Source of the DNA: Candidatus Omnitrophota bacterium
GTDB taxonomy: Bacteria > Omnitrophota > Gorgyraeia > Gygaellales > Profunditerraquicolaceae
Assembly (NCBI GenBank): GCA_025453395.1
Contig: JALOQK010000002.1
Coordinates: 474,509 to 538,508, forward strand
Length of the DNA: 64,000 bases
Direction of reading: 5' to 3'
The translations under genes were made by a program, and so were the position numbers. This document shows, one piece after another, positions 9,475 to 19,148 of the stretch (the first letter of the stretch is position 1; the number at the start of each line of letters is the position of its first letter). Under the pieces are notes generated by a model, which saw only the letters and a list, made by a program, of their open reading frames with translations, did no database searches and had not been told where the DNA came from.

Positions 9475-10796
9475 GGCCTTTTGAATATAAGAAAAACTAC
9501 ACAGGCTAACACGGTAATATAATAAATCCACAACGAAAACCTGTAGAATAACGGGTTATAAATAAATTCCACCTTATGTTTTCCGGCTTGCACCTTAAGC
9601 GCCTTAAAGCAAGCGTTGGCCCTTAAAACTTTAGTTTCTTTGCCGTCTATCTTAGCCTGCCAATACTGGTCATAGCCATCACTAAAATAAATATACCCGT
9701 TCTTCGGGGCAGAACAATTAAATTTAAGGTAATTTGGACCATAAGCTTCTATCTGGTAGGAAAAACCCGAAAGATCGCTATCGGGCCCTATTATCCCTTG
9801 GGATAGGCCTTTTAAATACTCCTCGGCATCTTTTAAATCCAAACTCTCAAAAAACCTTATAACCGCAGCAGTAATCCCGGCATCTTGTCTTATTTTATCA
9901 TAAGTGGCATTTAAATCTGATCTGGCCAAAGAAACCATGTAAATATCTGCCATGCGGCTAAAATATTTTAAACGCACAAAAGTGCTTACATTATCAAGCC
10001 GATACCGCTGCCAAAGATTTAGAAAATAATCTTTGGCGCTTAAATTCAAATACAGGTATTTATAAATCTCCTTCTGCTGGGCGCTTTTCAGGATAAGTTC
10101 TTGCGTAACAGACACAGCGCTTAAAAGCTCCTGCGGGACAAAAGCCTGATCTATTTGCTTGTAGGCCTTCTCTATACCTTGGCGTATTTTCTGTATATCC
10201 GCCTCAGGAACCAGATGCACTACATAGTAATTACTTTGAAGAAGTATATCCGCCAATAATATACTATAAAAATCAAGATATGCCTTTTTATCAAAGGCCG
10301 CCCATTTAGGATAATCCGTATTAGCTAAAATTAAGAATGAAAGGATGTTCCCGGATTTTAAATAATTGGAAAGCGGGTAAGCCCCTCTTCTTATCTTATC
10401 AAGCATCTCTGCAGGATTAGAACGGATAAACCCCTGAGGCAGCAAAATATCAAAGGTGTTAGCATCAAAGGCGGCAAGAGTGTTATAAACAGCTGCCGCG
10501 AAATAACGAAACCTGGCCTCTCCATTAACCTTTTCTAAACGAAACTCAGGCAACGATACTTTATATGCGCGATCAACGAACGGGATAAGTGTCTTGTTTT
10601 CTAAAGTAACCTGCGGGATAATCTGACCGGCAAAGAAAAATAAATCTAAAGCCGCTGACACAATTAATACCCATACAGAAGCTGCCCTTTTGTTTTTCTT
10701 TATGAAATAAAAGACCAAAGCTATGGATACAGCTGTAAAAATGAAAATACAAACCGCATAGATAAAATTATAAAAATATAGGTTTTCGTCAGGCAT
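9471..10796 (-). CDS. YfhO-like GT-C protein, C-terminal part
   Basis: C-terminal SDGYDQYWQAKIDG...RAN..FKAL.V.AGKHKVEF.Y.P plus terminal TM, typical of YfhO-like proteins. Confidence 0.7.
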   Translation of the reverse strand: MPDENLYFYNFIYAVCIFIFTAVSIALVFYFIKKNKRAASVWVLIVSAALDLFFFAGQIIPQVTLENKTLIPFVDRAYKVSLPEFRLEKVNGEARFRYFAAAVYNTLAAFDANTFDILLPQGFIRSNPAEMLDKIRRGAYPLSNYLKSGNILSFLILANTDYPKWAAFDKKAYLDFYSILLADILLQSNYYVVHLVPEADIQKIRQGIEKAYKQIDQAFVPQELLSAVSVTQELILKSAQQKEIYKYLYLNLSAKDYFLNLWQRYRLDNVSTFVRLKYFSRMADIYMVSLARSDLNATYDKIRQDAGITAAVIRFFESLDLKDAEEYLKGLSQGIIGPDSDLSGFSYQIEAYGPNYLKFNCSAPKNGYIYFSDGYDQYWQAKIDGKETKVLRANACFKALKVQAGKHKVEFIYNPLFYRFSLWIYYITVLACVVFLIFKRP

Positions 10797-12000
10797 CTTT
10801 ATTTTGGTTCAGCCTCTGGATTAAATCATCCGCCCCCTGCGAACAAAAATAAACAAGGACAAAGATTACAAATGGCTGGAAGATTTCCATATTACGGGCG
10901 TAAATAAGAAATGGCAGCAATAGATACTTTACCCACCCTAAATACTGCTGCAAATTAATCGACACAAGCACCAAGGCCATGAGCACAAAAATGAAATTAA
11001 ATCTAAATTTATGCCTTGAAGAAACCATCCCCCATACCGACAACAACAATGGAATAATACCGATATAAAAAGCGCACTCGGAGAAATATTGCTTGCAGTT
11101 TAGGCTGTTCCAGAATTTAGCGGCTACCCCCGGGAAAAATAGCCCCAGATAATCCGCCGGCATAATTGGAACAGAAGTCCCCTGGTACATCTGGCGCATG
11201 ATTGCGATATTTTTATCTTTCTCAATAAAAACAGCAAGAGTATGCAAAAATAGGCCTGAAATCACCAAGACGCCAATAAGAAATATTCTTCTATTCTTTC
11301 TATCCTTTATTAGGCTAAGCAAGTAGGCTTTTCTATTAAACAAAAGGCTTAAAAAGAAAAATTGCATAAAAGTTAACACATAGGCGCCCTGATAGCTGTT
11401 AAGCGATAGCCCTAAGAAAAAACAAAAACCAACCATATTATATATGTTAAATTTATCCTCCAATAAACGCATAAGAAACCACATGCCCCAAGCTGTCCAG
11501 GCAAAAGTAACAAAAACGCCCGACTGCCTAAAGCTTACAAAGGTAAAAGTAGAGAAAATAAAAACAAAAAAAGCAAAAAGCCCAGACAGCGTATACTTAC
11601 TTACTTTGCGCATAGCAAAATAAACCCCAAGGGCATAGAGAAATATCTTTGTAAGAAAATCAAGATGATACAGGGAAAAAAGCGAAAGATTAAAAAACTT
11701 GAAAATAAAAACAAGCGGGAAAGTAGTTATTTCCAAAAGGCGCAAGATCCCGATATTATAATAAAATGGCCCTCCGCAGTAATTATAAATATCCCAATAA
11801 GGAAAAACCCCGTTCATTAGGCAATTATAGAAATAATGCGCGCCTCCAAATTGCCACATTGTGTCATGCGAAAAGGTGCGCTTGAAACAGACAAAAACAA
11901 TCAATACAAAAATAAAATACAGAAAGCAAATGCAGCCCAAAAGCAACAATTCCTGTCTGTTTATCTTGGCCTTATTGAGAGAAAAAACATCCATCACCAA
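10789..12000 (-). CDS. YfhO-like GT-C membrane glycosyltransferase, N-terminal part
   Basis: HD...G.FPYWD.Y..CG.PFY, multiple TMs, FYIGIIPL; 8-nt overlap with the next ORF. Confidence 0.7.
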   Translation of the reverse strand: MVMDVFSLNKAKINRQELLLLGCICFLYFIFVLIVFVCFKRTFSHDTMWQFGGAHYFYNCLMNGVFPYWDIYNYCGGPFYYNIGILRLLEITTFPLVFIFKFFNLSLFSLYHLDFLTKIFLYALGVYFAMRKVSKYTLSGLFAFFVFIFSTFTFVSFRQSGVFVTFAWTAWGMWFLMRLLEDKFNIYNMVGFCFFLGLSLNSYQGAYVLTFMQFFFLSLLFNRKAYLLSLIKDRKNRRIFLIGVLVISGLFLHTLAVFIEKDKNIAIMRQMYQGTSVPIMPADYLGLFFPGVAAKFWNSLNCKQYFSECAFYIGIIPLLLSVWGMVSSRHKFRFNFIFVLMALVLVSINLQQYLGWVKYLLLPFLIYARNMEIFQPFVIFVLVYFCSQGADDLIQRLNQNKDA

Positions 12001-12006
12001 AACCTC

Positions 12007-13779
12007 TTATCCTCTGGTTATGCGCCTGAAGATATAAAAATCTCCAAAATTCTTTTCCAAAATAAAATATTTTCCTATTAAATTGAAGATTTCCTCATCT
12101 GCGATTATCTTAGAAGAAATCTTGTCAGCCACAAAATATTCTACTGGCGATTGCGACAAGAAAACGAGAAGCAACATTCTGTCTGAAGCCTGAAAGATCT
12201 TTTCGGGAGGAATATTTTGGGCGATTTTAATGCCTTTACGGTAAACAAGATAATATTCTATATCCTGGCGTAATACTGTAACTGAACCATCTTGAATTCT
12301 TGAAGAAAGATATTCCACGGTCTTGCCAAGGCCTTTCTCGCCATAATTAAGCCATATCTCAAAAGTAAGGTAATCCGCCTTAGCCTGATTCAAAGAAAGA
12401 GCAATGTTTATTGGAAAAATCAATAAAACAGATGTTAAGGCAAAACCAGGCATCCAATCTTTGATTTTTAAGAAAAGGCTTATTAGGATAAAGGCAAACC
12501 CTAGAGGCAGATAGTAATACCATAAAAAGTGCCCGTTAAGGTATTTATAAAGCGGCCCCCAAAGCCCGAGAAGATAATCTCCCAGCGTATAGTAATGAGC
12601 AGTAAAAATTATGAGAACCAAACTTAAAACACAAGCCTGCAAAGCCGAAACAGTAAAAGCCTTTCCGGTTGCTTCTTCTTTTTTCTCTATCGCCCATATT
12701 GCTGTCCAGGCAACAAGGATAAGCAAGAGGTTATACGCCGGATAATGGTATTTGAGCATATCAATCGTGGGCCGAAAAAGCTGGAATGGAACCCACATGG
12801 ATAAAGCGCAAACAAAAATAAAATCCACTGTTTCAGCCTTTCGCGTTAAGAAAAAGTTTTTCACGCGGGTATAAACAAAAATTGCTCCGGCTGTAAAAAA
12901 CGCAGCTGAAACCCAATAGATATGCCAACGCAGACCATAAAAGAATCTCTCCCATAATTGAGAAAAATAATTTGGCGTAAATGCCTGCTTGCTTTTGTTA
13001 ATAAGCGTAAATTTTATAAACCCTAAAACATCTGTTCCAGTAAAGAAACAGTATAGCCACCACCCAAGCCAGAAAATAATAAAACCCGTTATGCCCACTA
13101 ACAATAAATCCAATAACATCTTCTTAAATTCGCAGGATAAAATACGGTAAACAATGATCCCGCATAAAAGAAAGCTGGGAGCCAATTCTTTTGACCACAG
13201 GCACAAAGAAAATAAAACCGCCAGCTTCAAACGGCTTTTTATGCCGCTTTTCTTATCCAAATCCCCCTTCATTTCAAAATCTATGAAAAAATACAGAAAA
13301 AGAAGAATCGTAGAAGCTAGTATGTTGTTATCGGCATTGATAACCACAGAATGCTGGACTAATAAGGGATTAACAAGGTATAGGCCCGTTAAGATTGCCA
13401 AGCCTGTTCTTTGCAGGTATTTTTTCTTGTCAGAAAGAAGCTTAAATAGTATTAGCGCTGATAAAAATAGCGACAGGAGAAAATGGAAAACTCCATACAG
13501 GCGCAAAGGCAGCTCTGCGGGGCCAAAGACCTTTTGGACAAGGGCATGGGTAAAAGTGTATAGAAGCGGATGCGTCACCGGCATGTTGCCTTCGGCCACA
13601 GGAAGGAATGTTTTAGGGCCAATGCGGCTGAATTTAAGGCCCATAGTGGCTTCTTCAGCTTCATCCAGATGAAAAGGCTGGCGCACAGCGTTACGGAAGG
13701 CTAAGTACGAGGAAACAATAATAATCCCTGCCGCTAAAACAAAACACGCTCGTTTAATGAAAAGATTAATCGCGGGCAT
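12007..13779 (-). CDS. GT-C (ArnT/PMT-like, GT39/GT83) membrane glycosyltransferase
   Basis: HLDEAE after the first TM, HPLLY, LRL, WSKE; many TMs and a C-terminal periplasmic domain. Confidence 0.75.
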   Translation of the reverse strand: MPAINLFIKRACFVLAAGIIIVSSYLAFRNAVRQPFHLDEAEEATMGLKFSRIGPKTFLPVAEGNMPVTHPLLYTFTHALVQKVFGPAELPLRLYGVFHFLLSLFLSALILFKLLSDKKKYLQRTGLAILTGLYLVNPLLVQHSVVINADNNILASTILLFLYFFIDFEMKGDLDKKSGIKSRLKLAVLFSLCLWSKELAPSFLLCGIIVYRILSCEFKKMLLDLLLVGITGFIIFWLGWWLYCFFTGTDVLGFIKFTLINKSKQAFTPNYFSQLWERFFYGLRWHIYWVSAAFFTAGAIFVYTRVKNFFLTRKAETVDFIFVCALSMWVPFQLFRPTIDMLKYHYPAYNLLLILVAWTAIWAIEKKEEATGKAFTVSALQACVLSLVLIIFTAHYYTLGDYLLGLWGPLYKYLNGHFLWYYYLPLGFAFILISLFLKIKDWMPGFALTSVLLIFPINIALSLNQAKADYLTFEIWLNYGEKGLGKTVEYLSSRIQDGSVTVLRQDIEYYLVYRKGIKIAQNIPPEKIFQASDRMLLLVFLSQSPVEYFVADKISSKIIADEEIFNLIGKYFILEKNFGDFYIFRRITRG

Positions 13780-13791
13780 AAGCTTTAAGGC

Positions 13792-14247
13792 CTACTTTAT
13801 CAAACGATATGCCTTAAGCCTGTCTAAAACCGCCAGGCGATATGTTTCTATGGCAGCGTTGTCTGTTTGCTTCTTAGCCATATCCACAATACGTAAAGCA
13901 AAATAAATCGGGATAGGCATATTTTCCGCAATCTGATAGAATCTATTCACGTAAACCGAATACTCGCTAAAAGAAGCATTATTCCCCAATATCGGCGAAC
14001 CTGTTAAAGCGCTGGCCTCTGCGACTTCTTTCAAGAGAATCTCTCTAATAATTTCCCTGCGCGAATCATCTATTTTATAATTATCGATTGCTCGCCAATC
14101 AAAACCATCAGAAAACTTAAATTCCGGAGTGTATGCGATGTTCTGTGATTTCTTACCCAAAGAAGCAAGAATAATGGCTATAAATATAATTAACACTATC
14201 CCCACGGAAGAAATAATAACCGTCTTCTTATCAAGCGCCTTATCCAT
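13792..14247 (-). CDS. Hypothetical membrane-anchored protein (paralog of 14266-14706)
   Basis: N-terminal TM; FSDGFDW and PIYFAL motifs shared with the neighbour. Confidence 0.65.
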   Translation of the reverse strand: MDKALDKKTVIISSVGIVLIIFIAIILASLGKKSQNIAYTPEFKFSDGFDWRAIDNYKIDDSRREIIREILLKEVAEASALTGSPILGNNASFSEYSVYVNRFYQIAENMPIPIYFALRIVDMAKKQTDNAAIETYRLAVLDRLKAYRLIK

Positions 14248-14265
14248 AGAATTATCCCTTTCTAT

Positions 14266-14706
14266 TTATTCCCCCTGGCCGATTATGCCTACACTTTTTA
14301 ATTTATCAGTGATCATTTTATAATACCCCTGTATATCCGTGTCTGTCCCGCCGTTTTTAACTATCTCGGCCACATGTAAAGCATAAAACAATGGCAAATC
14401 CCTGTTAGAAGGCTTGCTATAATAGATATCAACTATTTCAGGAAAATTGTAAATAAAAGTATTGTAGGCCATTAAAAAATCTGTGGCATTGGGATTTAAG
14501 GCTAAAACCGGAGCCCCATTAAAAAGACTTGTCTCGTAGGCAGATTTTAAAAAGACCATCTTTAGCTTCTTCTCCTCTGTCTTAGACAGCCCCAGCGCCC
14601 CTAAAGCATTCCAGTCATTTCCATCAAAGAAACGATACTGGCAAAATGCTGGCTTAATTACCAATAAAGATGCCATTAACAATAAGGCTAGCGTTATTTT
14701 CTTCAT
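14266..14706 (-). CDS. Hypothetical exported protein (paralog of 13792-14247)
   Basis: Signal peptide MKKITLALLLMASLLVIKPAFC; FFDGNDW and PLFYAL; SD AAGGAG. Confidence 0.7.
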   Translation of the reverse strand: MKKITLALLLMASLLVIKPAFCQYRFFDGNDWNALGALGLSKTEEKKLKMVFLKSAYETSLFNGAPVLALNPNATDFLMAYNTFIYNFPEIVDIYYSKPSNRDLPLFYALHVAEIVKNGGTDTDIQGYYKMITDKLKSVGIIGQGE

Positions 14707-14727
14707 ACTCGCGGCTCCTTTTCTATT

Positions 14728-14745
14728 AATAATTATATAATTATT
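14728..14745. repeat. 18-bp perfect palindrome AATAATTATATAATTATT in an intergenic gap
   Basis: Read directly; equals its own reverse complement and contains TATAAT on both strands. Confidence 0.6.
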
Positions 14746-15738
14746 TTATCGCTTATTAATCCGATAGTCCACTACTATTCTGCTTAAAAGCGCCGAAGCT
14801 AACCCCAAGCCCCTAGCAAAAGACCTAAACAAAGACAGGATTATAAATAGCAGATACTTAAGATTACGGCACCTAATTGCCATAATAACCCCAACCTGAA
14901 GATGCAAAAATATCTGCGCAGCAAACAAGGCAAACCAAATATTGCGCAGATCATGAAAAAATAAGAATGGAAAAGTAATAATCAGCGCCAAAGCCAAAAC
15001 CGGCTGGGCATAATCTAAGAGGCCGCTATAGTCATCACCCATGGACATCTGGGGATGCTCCAAATACAATTTTACCCTCCAAAACCCATGCCAGAATTGA
15101 GTGCGCAAGTATTTAATGGGATTCTCCGGATGATAATGGCAGACTTTAACATTCTTATCAAAGATAAGCGCATAACCTTTTTTAATGATTTTATAAGATA
15201 AATCATTGTCTTCGCCGCTTGCCATGGGATACTGCTGGTTAAATCCTCCTGTTTCTTCTAAAATTATTTTTCTGGCAGAAAAGTTATACGACCCCAAGGC
15301 CTTAACCCTTAAAGGCATCTTGGCATGACGCAGCATTATCTCTTCATGAATTAGGCTGGCTAAAAGGTTTTGTGGATTGGCGATATCGTAAGAACCTCCT
15401 GCGCAGGCAACTTGCGCATCTTCATAGTATTTCACAAGATTTTTTACCCAAGCTAAGCTAGGCAGGCAATCAGAATCGGTAAAGAAAACTATTTCTCCTT
15501 TGGCGCTTTTCCATCCGGTGTTACGCGCCGCTGCCGGTCCGGCGTTATCCTGATAGATATACTTAATGCCTGTTTTATCAAGAAACTCGCCAGTCTTATC
15601 AGTTGACCCATCATCAACCACGATTATCTCTATTGCCTCACTGGGATAATCCTGAGAAAGGCAGGCCTTAATAGACTGTTTTAGGGTCTTAAAAGAATTA
15701 AAAGAAGGAATAACTATAGAAATTAATTTTTCTTTCAT
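14746..15738 (-). CDS. GT2 glycosyltransferase with C-terminal TM helices
   Basis: VDDGSTD, GPAAARN.G, TDSDC, GED.DL. Confidence 0.85.
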   Translation of the reverse strand: MKEKLISIVIPSFNSFKTLKQSIKACLSQDYPSEAIEIIVVDDGSTDKTGEFLDKTGIKYIYQDNAGPAAARNTGWKSAKGEIVFFTDSDCLPSLAWVKNLVKYYEDAQVACAGGSYDIANPQNLLASLIHEEIMLRHAKMPLRVKALGSYNFSARKIILEETGGFNQQYPMASGEDNDLSYKIIKKGYALIFDKNVKVCHYHPENPIKYLRTQFWHGFWRVKLYLEHPQMSMGDDYSGLLDYAQPVLALALIITFPFLFFHDLRNIWFALFAAQIFLHLQVGVIMAIRCRNLKYLLFIILSLFRSFARGLGLASALLSRIVVDYRINKR

Positions 15739-15744
15739 TGATCA

Positions 15745-16848
15745 TTACGTATGAGCAAGCTGCTCTTGGCCCATAAAATGCCAAGGCTGAAGAATAAGTT
15801 CCCCGGAAGATTCTTTGATGCCGCGGTCACCATAATAAGAAGCGTAATTCTTCCAGATCCCCCCGCAAATAAAACCATACCGGCATCTCTTACACTGCGG
15901 GAACTTATGTTTATGCAGAAAACTATGCGCCTGCAGTATCGCAGCAGATTTAAAATGTTCCATGCCCCAGGAAAGCCATTTTTCTTTCTCTGGCAGCAAC
16001 ATCATGCCTAGGCCTACTGCCCCAACCCATTTTAGCCGGTTTTCCCTGATAAAGGAACGCAAATAATAATTCCATTCATCGTGATCATAATGCACCTGAT
16101 GCACATTCTGCACGTGTTTTTCATAACCGGCCATCTGACAAAAAGGGATATAGCGAAAGGTAAGTTTATTAAAAAACGGCCCAAAATCATCCGCGATTCT
16201 TTTAAGCTTATCGGAAACATCCGCATAGCAGATAAAATTCTTCTTATCTGAAAACTTAGCCTGTTCAATAGGGTTAAAAAGTATAAAATTAACTATTTTT
16301 ACCCCCAAGTCCTTAAATAGCTTTGCCCGCTGATATACATCAGAAAAATTCTCTCCGTTAACCACAGAATTACAGCGCACTTTTACCGATAAACCTAAAA
16401 GATTTTCTATGGCTTTGTTTAAAAGTTTATAGCTTCCGGGCATACCGGTGACCTTATCATGAACATCGCTGGTAGAGCCATGCAGAGAAAAAAGAAAATC
16501 CTCCACCTTATTCTCAACTAAGCGTCGAGCAAAAGACCTATCTGACAGCAATATCCCGTTTGTTATCAAAGATATTTTCTTAAAACCTTTATCTCTTGCG
16601 AAAGATACAAGCTCTAGAAAATCCTTGCGGATAGTAGGCTCTCCTCCGGTAAACTCTAAAACCTGCATCTTCTTGGCGGCATAGTAAGAAATAAGATTTT
16701 TGCATCGCAGGGTAGACAAATCTTTATTTTTATTCTTAGACTTCACATCATTAAGATAATAACAAAATGAGCACTTAAGATTGCAAGAATAACCGGTGTT
16801 TATATCTATCCTTTTGGTAAGCTTAGGCGGCGGCAGTTGATTTTTCAT
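15745..16848 (-). CDS. Radical SAM protein with C-terminal Cys cluster
   Basis: CNLKCSFC, TGGEPT, PFC, CKRC....CGG. Confidence 0.85.
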   Translation of the reverse strand: MKNQLPPPKLTKRIDINTGYSCNLKCSFCYYLNDVKSKNKNKDLSTLRCKNLISYYAAKKMQVLEFTGGEPTIRKDFLELVSFARDKGFKKISLITNGILLSDRSFARRLVENKVEDFLFSLHGSTSDVHDKVTGMPGSYKLLNKAIENLLGLSVKVRCNSVVNGENFSDVYQRAKLFKDLGVKIVNFILFNPIEQAKFSDKKNFICYADVSDKLKRIADDFGPFFNKLTFRYIPFCQMAGYEKHVQNVHQVHYDHDEWNYYLRSFIRENRLKWVGAVGLGMMLLPEKEKWLSWGMEHFKSAAILQAHSFLHKHKFPQCKRCRYGFICGGIWKNYASYYGDRGIKESSGELILQPWHFMGQEQLAHT

Positions 16849-16858
16849 ATTATAAAAA

Positions 16859-17203
16859 TTATTTCTTCTTCAGCCTAGAAAGCTCTTCTTTTAAAATGCC
16901 TATTTCCTGAGCAAGTTTTTCCGTGCGGCTATTCTGCTGGCAGATATAACCAGTTAAGAACAAACTCAACAAAACTACAAATATTCCGATCACAAAAAAT
17001 ATAAAATTACTGGGAAGCTTGAAACCCAGCTTTTCCGCCAAAGAAAACAAGAAATTCTCATAGGCAGCTAAAACAATCGCTGTTGATGACAATACAAGCC
17101 ACATAAGCGCGTATTTAAAAGTTATTTTCTCCCTGCGGATAAGCTCAATAACTAACAATAAGAATACAACCGATACGCTTATGGCGAATATCTTTATTTG
17201 CAT
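16859..17203 (-). CDS. DUF2304 small membrane protein (GacJ/Rv3632-like GT2 activator)
   Basis: ELIRR..I..KYALMWL...LGF..PSN...KLAQEI; directly downstream of a GT2. Confidence 0.8.
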   Translation of the reverse strand: MQIKIFAISVSVVFLLLVIELIRREKITFKYALMWLVLSSTAIVLAAYENFLFSLAEKLGFKLPSNFIFFVIGIFVVLLSLFLTGYICQQNSRTEKLAQEIGILKEELSRLKKK

Positions 17204-17928
17204 ACCTTATAGCTCCTTTTCTTAAGAAGACATAGAATAACCGCTAATGTTACCTTAAACATGTAATAACCGGATTTCAAAAACCTTATTGAAGAAACGC
17301 CTGACTGACGCGGATGCATTCTAACTGGAACTTCTTTTATCTTGGCATTATAGCAACGGGCGATAACTATTCCTTCGGGCTCCGGAAAATCAATCGGGTA
17401 ACAGCAAGAAAACAAGGCGATCAACTTTTTTCCTGTGGCGCGAAAACCCGATGTCGGATCAGTGGTTTTCTGTCCGGTCAACAAGCTTATCAAGCAAGAA
17501 AAAAACTTAATGCCCACTCGCCTTAAGAAAGAAGACTTATAATAGGCGTCTTTTGCCAGAAATCTGCTGCCTACGCAAAGATCTACATTTTCTTTCAGAA
17601 CCGGATCAAGTATGTCCTTTATAAAACTGGCATCGTGCTGGCCATCGGCATCAAATTGCACAACAGCATCATATCCATTAAGATGGGCATACTTAAAGCC
17701 GGTTTGCACTGCCCCGCCTATACCCAAATTAAAAGGAAGCCTTATAACTGAAGCTGCTGTATCTTCAGCTAATTGCGCAGTATTATCAAATGAGCCGTCA
17801 TCTACCACTAAAATATCCACATCAAGCATCGCACTTTTAATGCCGGAAACAACTTTCAGGATGTTTCCTGACTCATTCAAAGCCGGAATAATAACCAAGG
17901 TCTTAACGGCCGCCGCCCCAGGCTGCAT
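17194..17928 (-). CDS. GT2 polyprenyl-phosphate HexNAc transferase-like (GacI/PpgS-like)
   Basis: NLGIGGAVQTG, DADGQH, DPTSGFR; paired with DUF2304. Confidence 0.85.
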   Translation of the reverse strand: MQPGAAAVKTLVIIPALNESGNILKVVSGIKSAMLDVDILVVDDGSFDNTAQLAEDTAASVIRLPFNLGIGGAVQTGFKYAHLNGYDAVVQFDADGQHDASFIKDILDPVLKENVDLCVGSRFLAKDAYYKSSFLRRVGIKFFSCLISLLTGQKTTDPTSGFRATGKKLIALFSCCYPIDFPEPEGIVIARCYNAKIKEVPVRMHPRQSGVSSIRFLKSGYYMFKVTLAVILCLLKKRSYKVCK

Positions 17929-19148
17929 TATGCGCCTCCAACCAGAGCCTGTGTTGCCTGCTCTATAAGGCCTGTATCCGGTGCAGCCATATCGGGTTTT
18001 AAGCCATCAAAATCAATGGGGTTACCGTTGAAAAGATACCCCTTGCCTACGGTTAACTCAATAACCGCGCCATCGGGAAGGTCAAACAAACTCTTTAAGA
18101 AAACCTGTCCCGCGGTATTATCCCCCAATACCTTTGCCTTATTATAAGCCTGCATAAAACCCGCGAAGATCTCGGCGGCGCTTCCGGTGCCCTTATTAGT
18201 TAAAATTATAACCTGTCCGTTAAATTTTACTTTTGACTCTGGCGTGATCAATCCTGACGGCGCCTGGTTTCTTCTTAAATAATAAAAAAGCTTATCCTGC
18301 GCATTAAGGAAAATACCGGATATATCCCAGGCCGCCAAAGGCGGGCCTCCGCCATTATTACGCAAGTCAATAATAAGCTTATTTACAGACTGGCTGTTTA
18401 AAGACTGCACCGCCTCGCGCATCTCATTGCCGGTTTGCTCATTGAAAAATCTAATCTGCAGACAAACAACCTGCGGATTTGAGGTTGGAACAAAAAATAC
18501 CGACTGCTTAAAATACTGGGTACTAACCAATATTACCGTATAGGTACTTGCCTTAATAGGCGAAAAAATCTCCAAATTTAACTCTTTGCCTAAAGCAAGA
18601 GAAAATAACTTGCTTACATCCTGTTCAGGGATCTCAGAAACCGGTTTACCGTCTATCTTTACAACTTCATCGTTTACCTGAACGCCTTTTACCTTGGCAT
18701 CAGAACGCGGCTCTACCTGGGTTATAACAAAACGGCCATCCTTAACATGCCCTTCAAGGCCGACATCACCGGCTGAACCTAATAGCGAATCCTTAAATTG
18801 TTTGGCAATATTAGGCGGGACAAAAGTAGTAAAACTATCCTTGGGATCTTTTAGGCGTGAAATCAATATTCCGGTTGCCACATGCTTAATGGCATCATCA
18901 ACTTTGGTTTTATCTTTTACCTGCGGAATAAAAATTCTTTCTTTGAATTCTTTTACATACTGTTCGAAATTTGCTGGGTTTACTTCAAGATAGTAATTCT
19001 GCTGCATAATATCATAGGCGGCTTTCAAGTATTTTATATACTGATTGTATGTGTCTTCCACTTTTCTTTTTTGGATCATCTTATTAATCGTATAGCCTGC
19101 GATTGCTAAAGACATTAACAAGACCCCTAAAGCTATTAATTTATTCAT
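17928..19148 (-). CDS. S41 family C-terminal processing protease with PDZ domain, membrane-anchored
   Basis: PDZ region, DLRNNGGG, GSAAEIF; atypical TAGQVFLK where GKGxxQ is expected. Confidence 0.8.
   Translation of the reverse strand: MNKLIALGVLLMSLAIAGYTINKMIQKRKVEDTYNQYIKYLKAAYDIMQQNYYLEVNPANFEQYVKEFKERIFIPQVKDKTKVDDAIKHVATGILISRLKDPKDSFTTFVPPNIAKQFKDSLLGSAGDVGLEGHVKDGRFVITQVEPRSDAKVKGVQVNDEVVKIDGKPVSEIPEQDVSKLFSLALGKELNLEIFSPIKASTYTVILVSTQYFKQSVFFVPTSNPQVVCLQIRFFNEQTGNEMREAVQSLNSQSVNKLIIDLRNNGGGPPLAAWDISGIFLNAQDKLFYYLRRNQAPSGLITPESKVKFNGQVIILTNKGTGSAAEIFAGFMQAYNKAKVLGDNTAGQVFLKSLFDLPDGAVIELTVGKGYLFNGNPIDFDGLKPDMAAPDTGLIEQATQALVGGA

Noticed and set aside
13792-16848. RiPP system (SPASM radical SAM plus small precursor proteins and protease)
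   Set aside because: The small ORFs look like folded exported or membrane proteins, and no precursor-like peptide, RRE or peptide exporter was seen; the sugar context explains the enzymes better.
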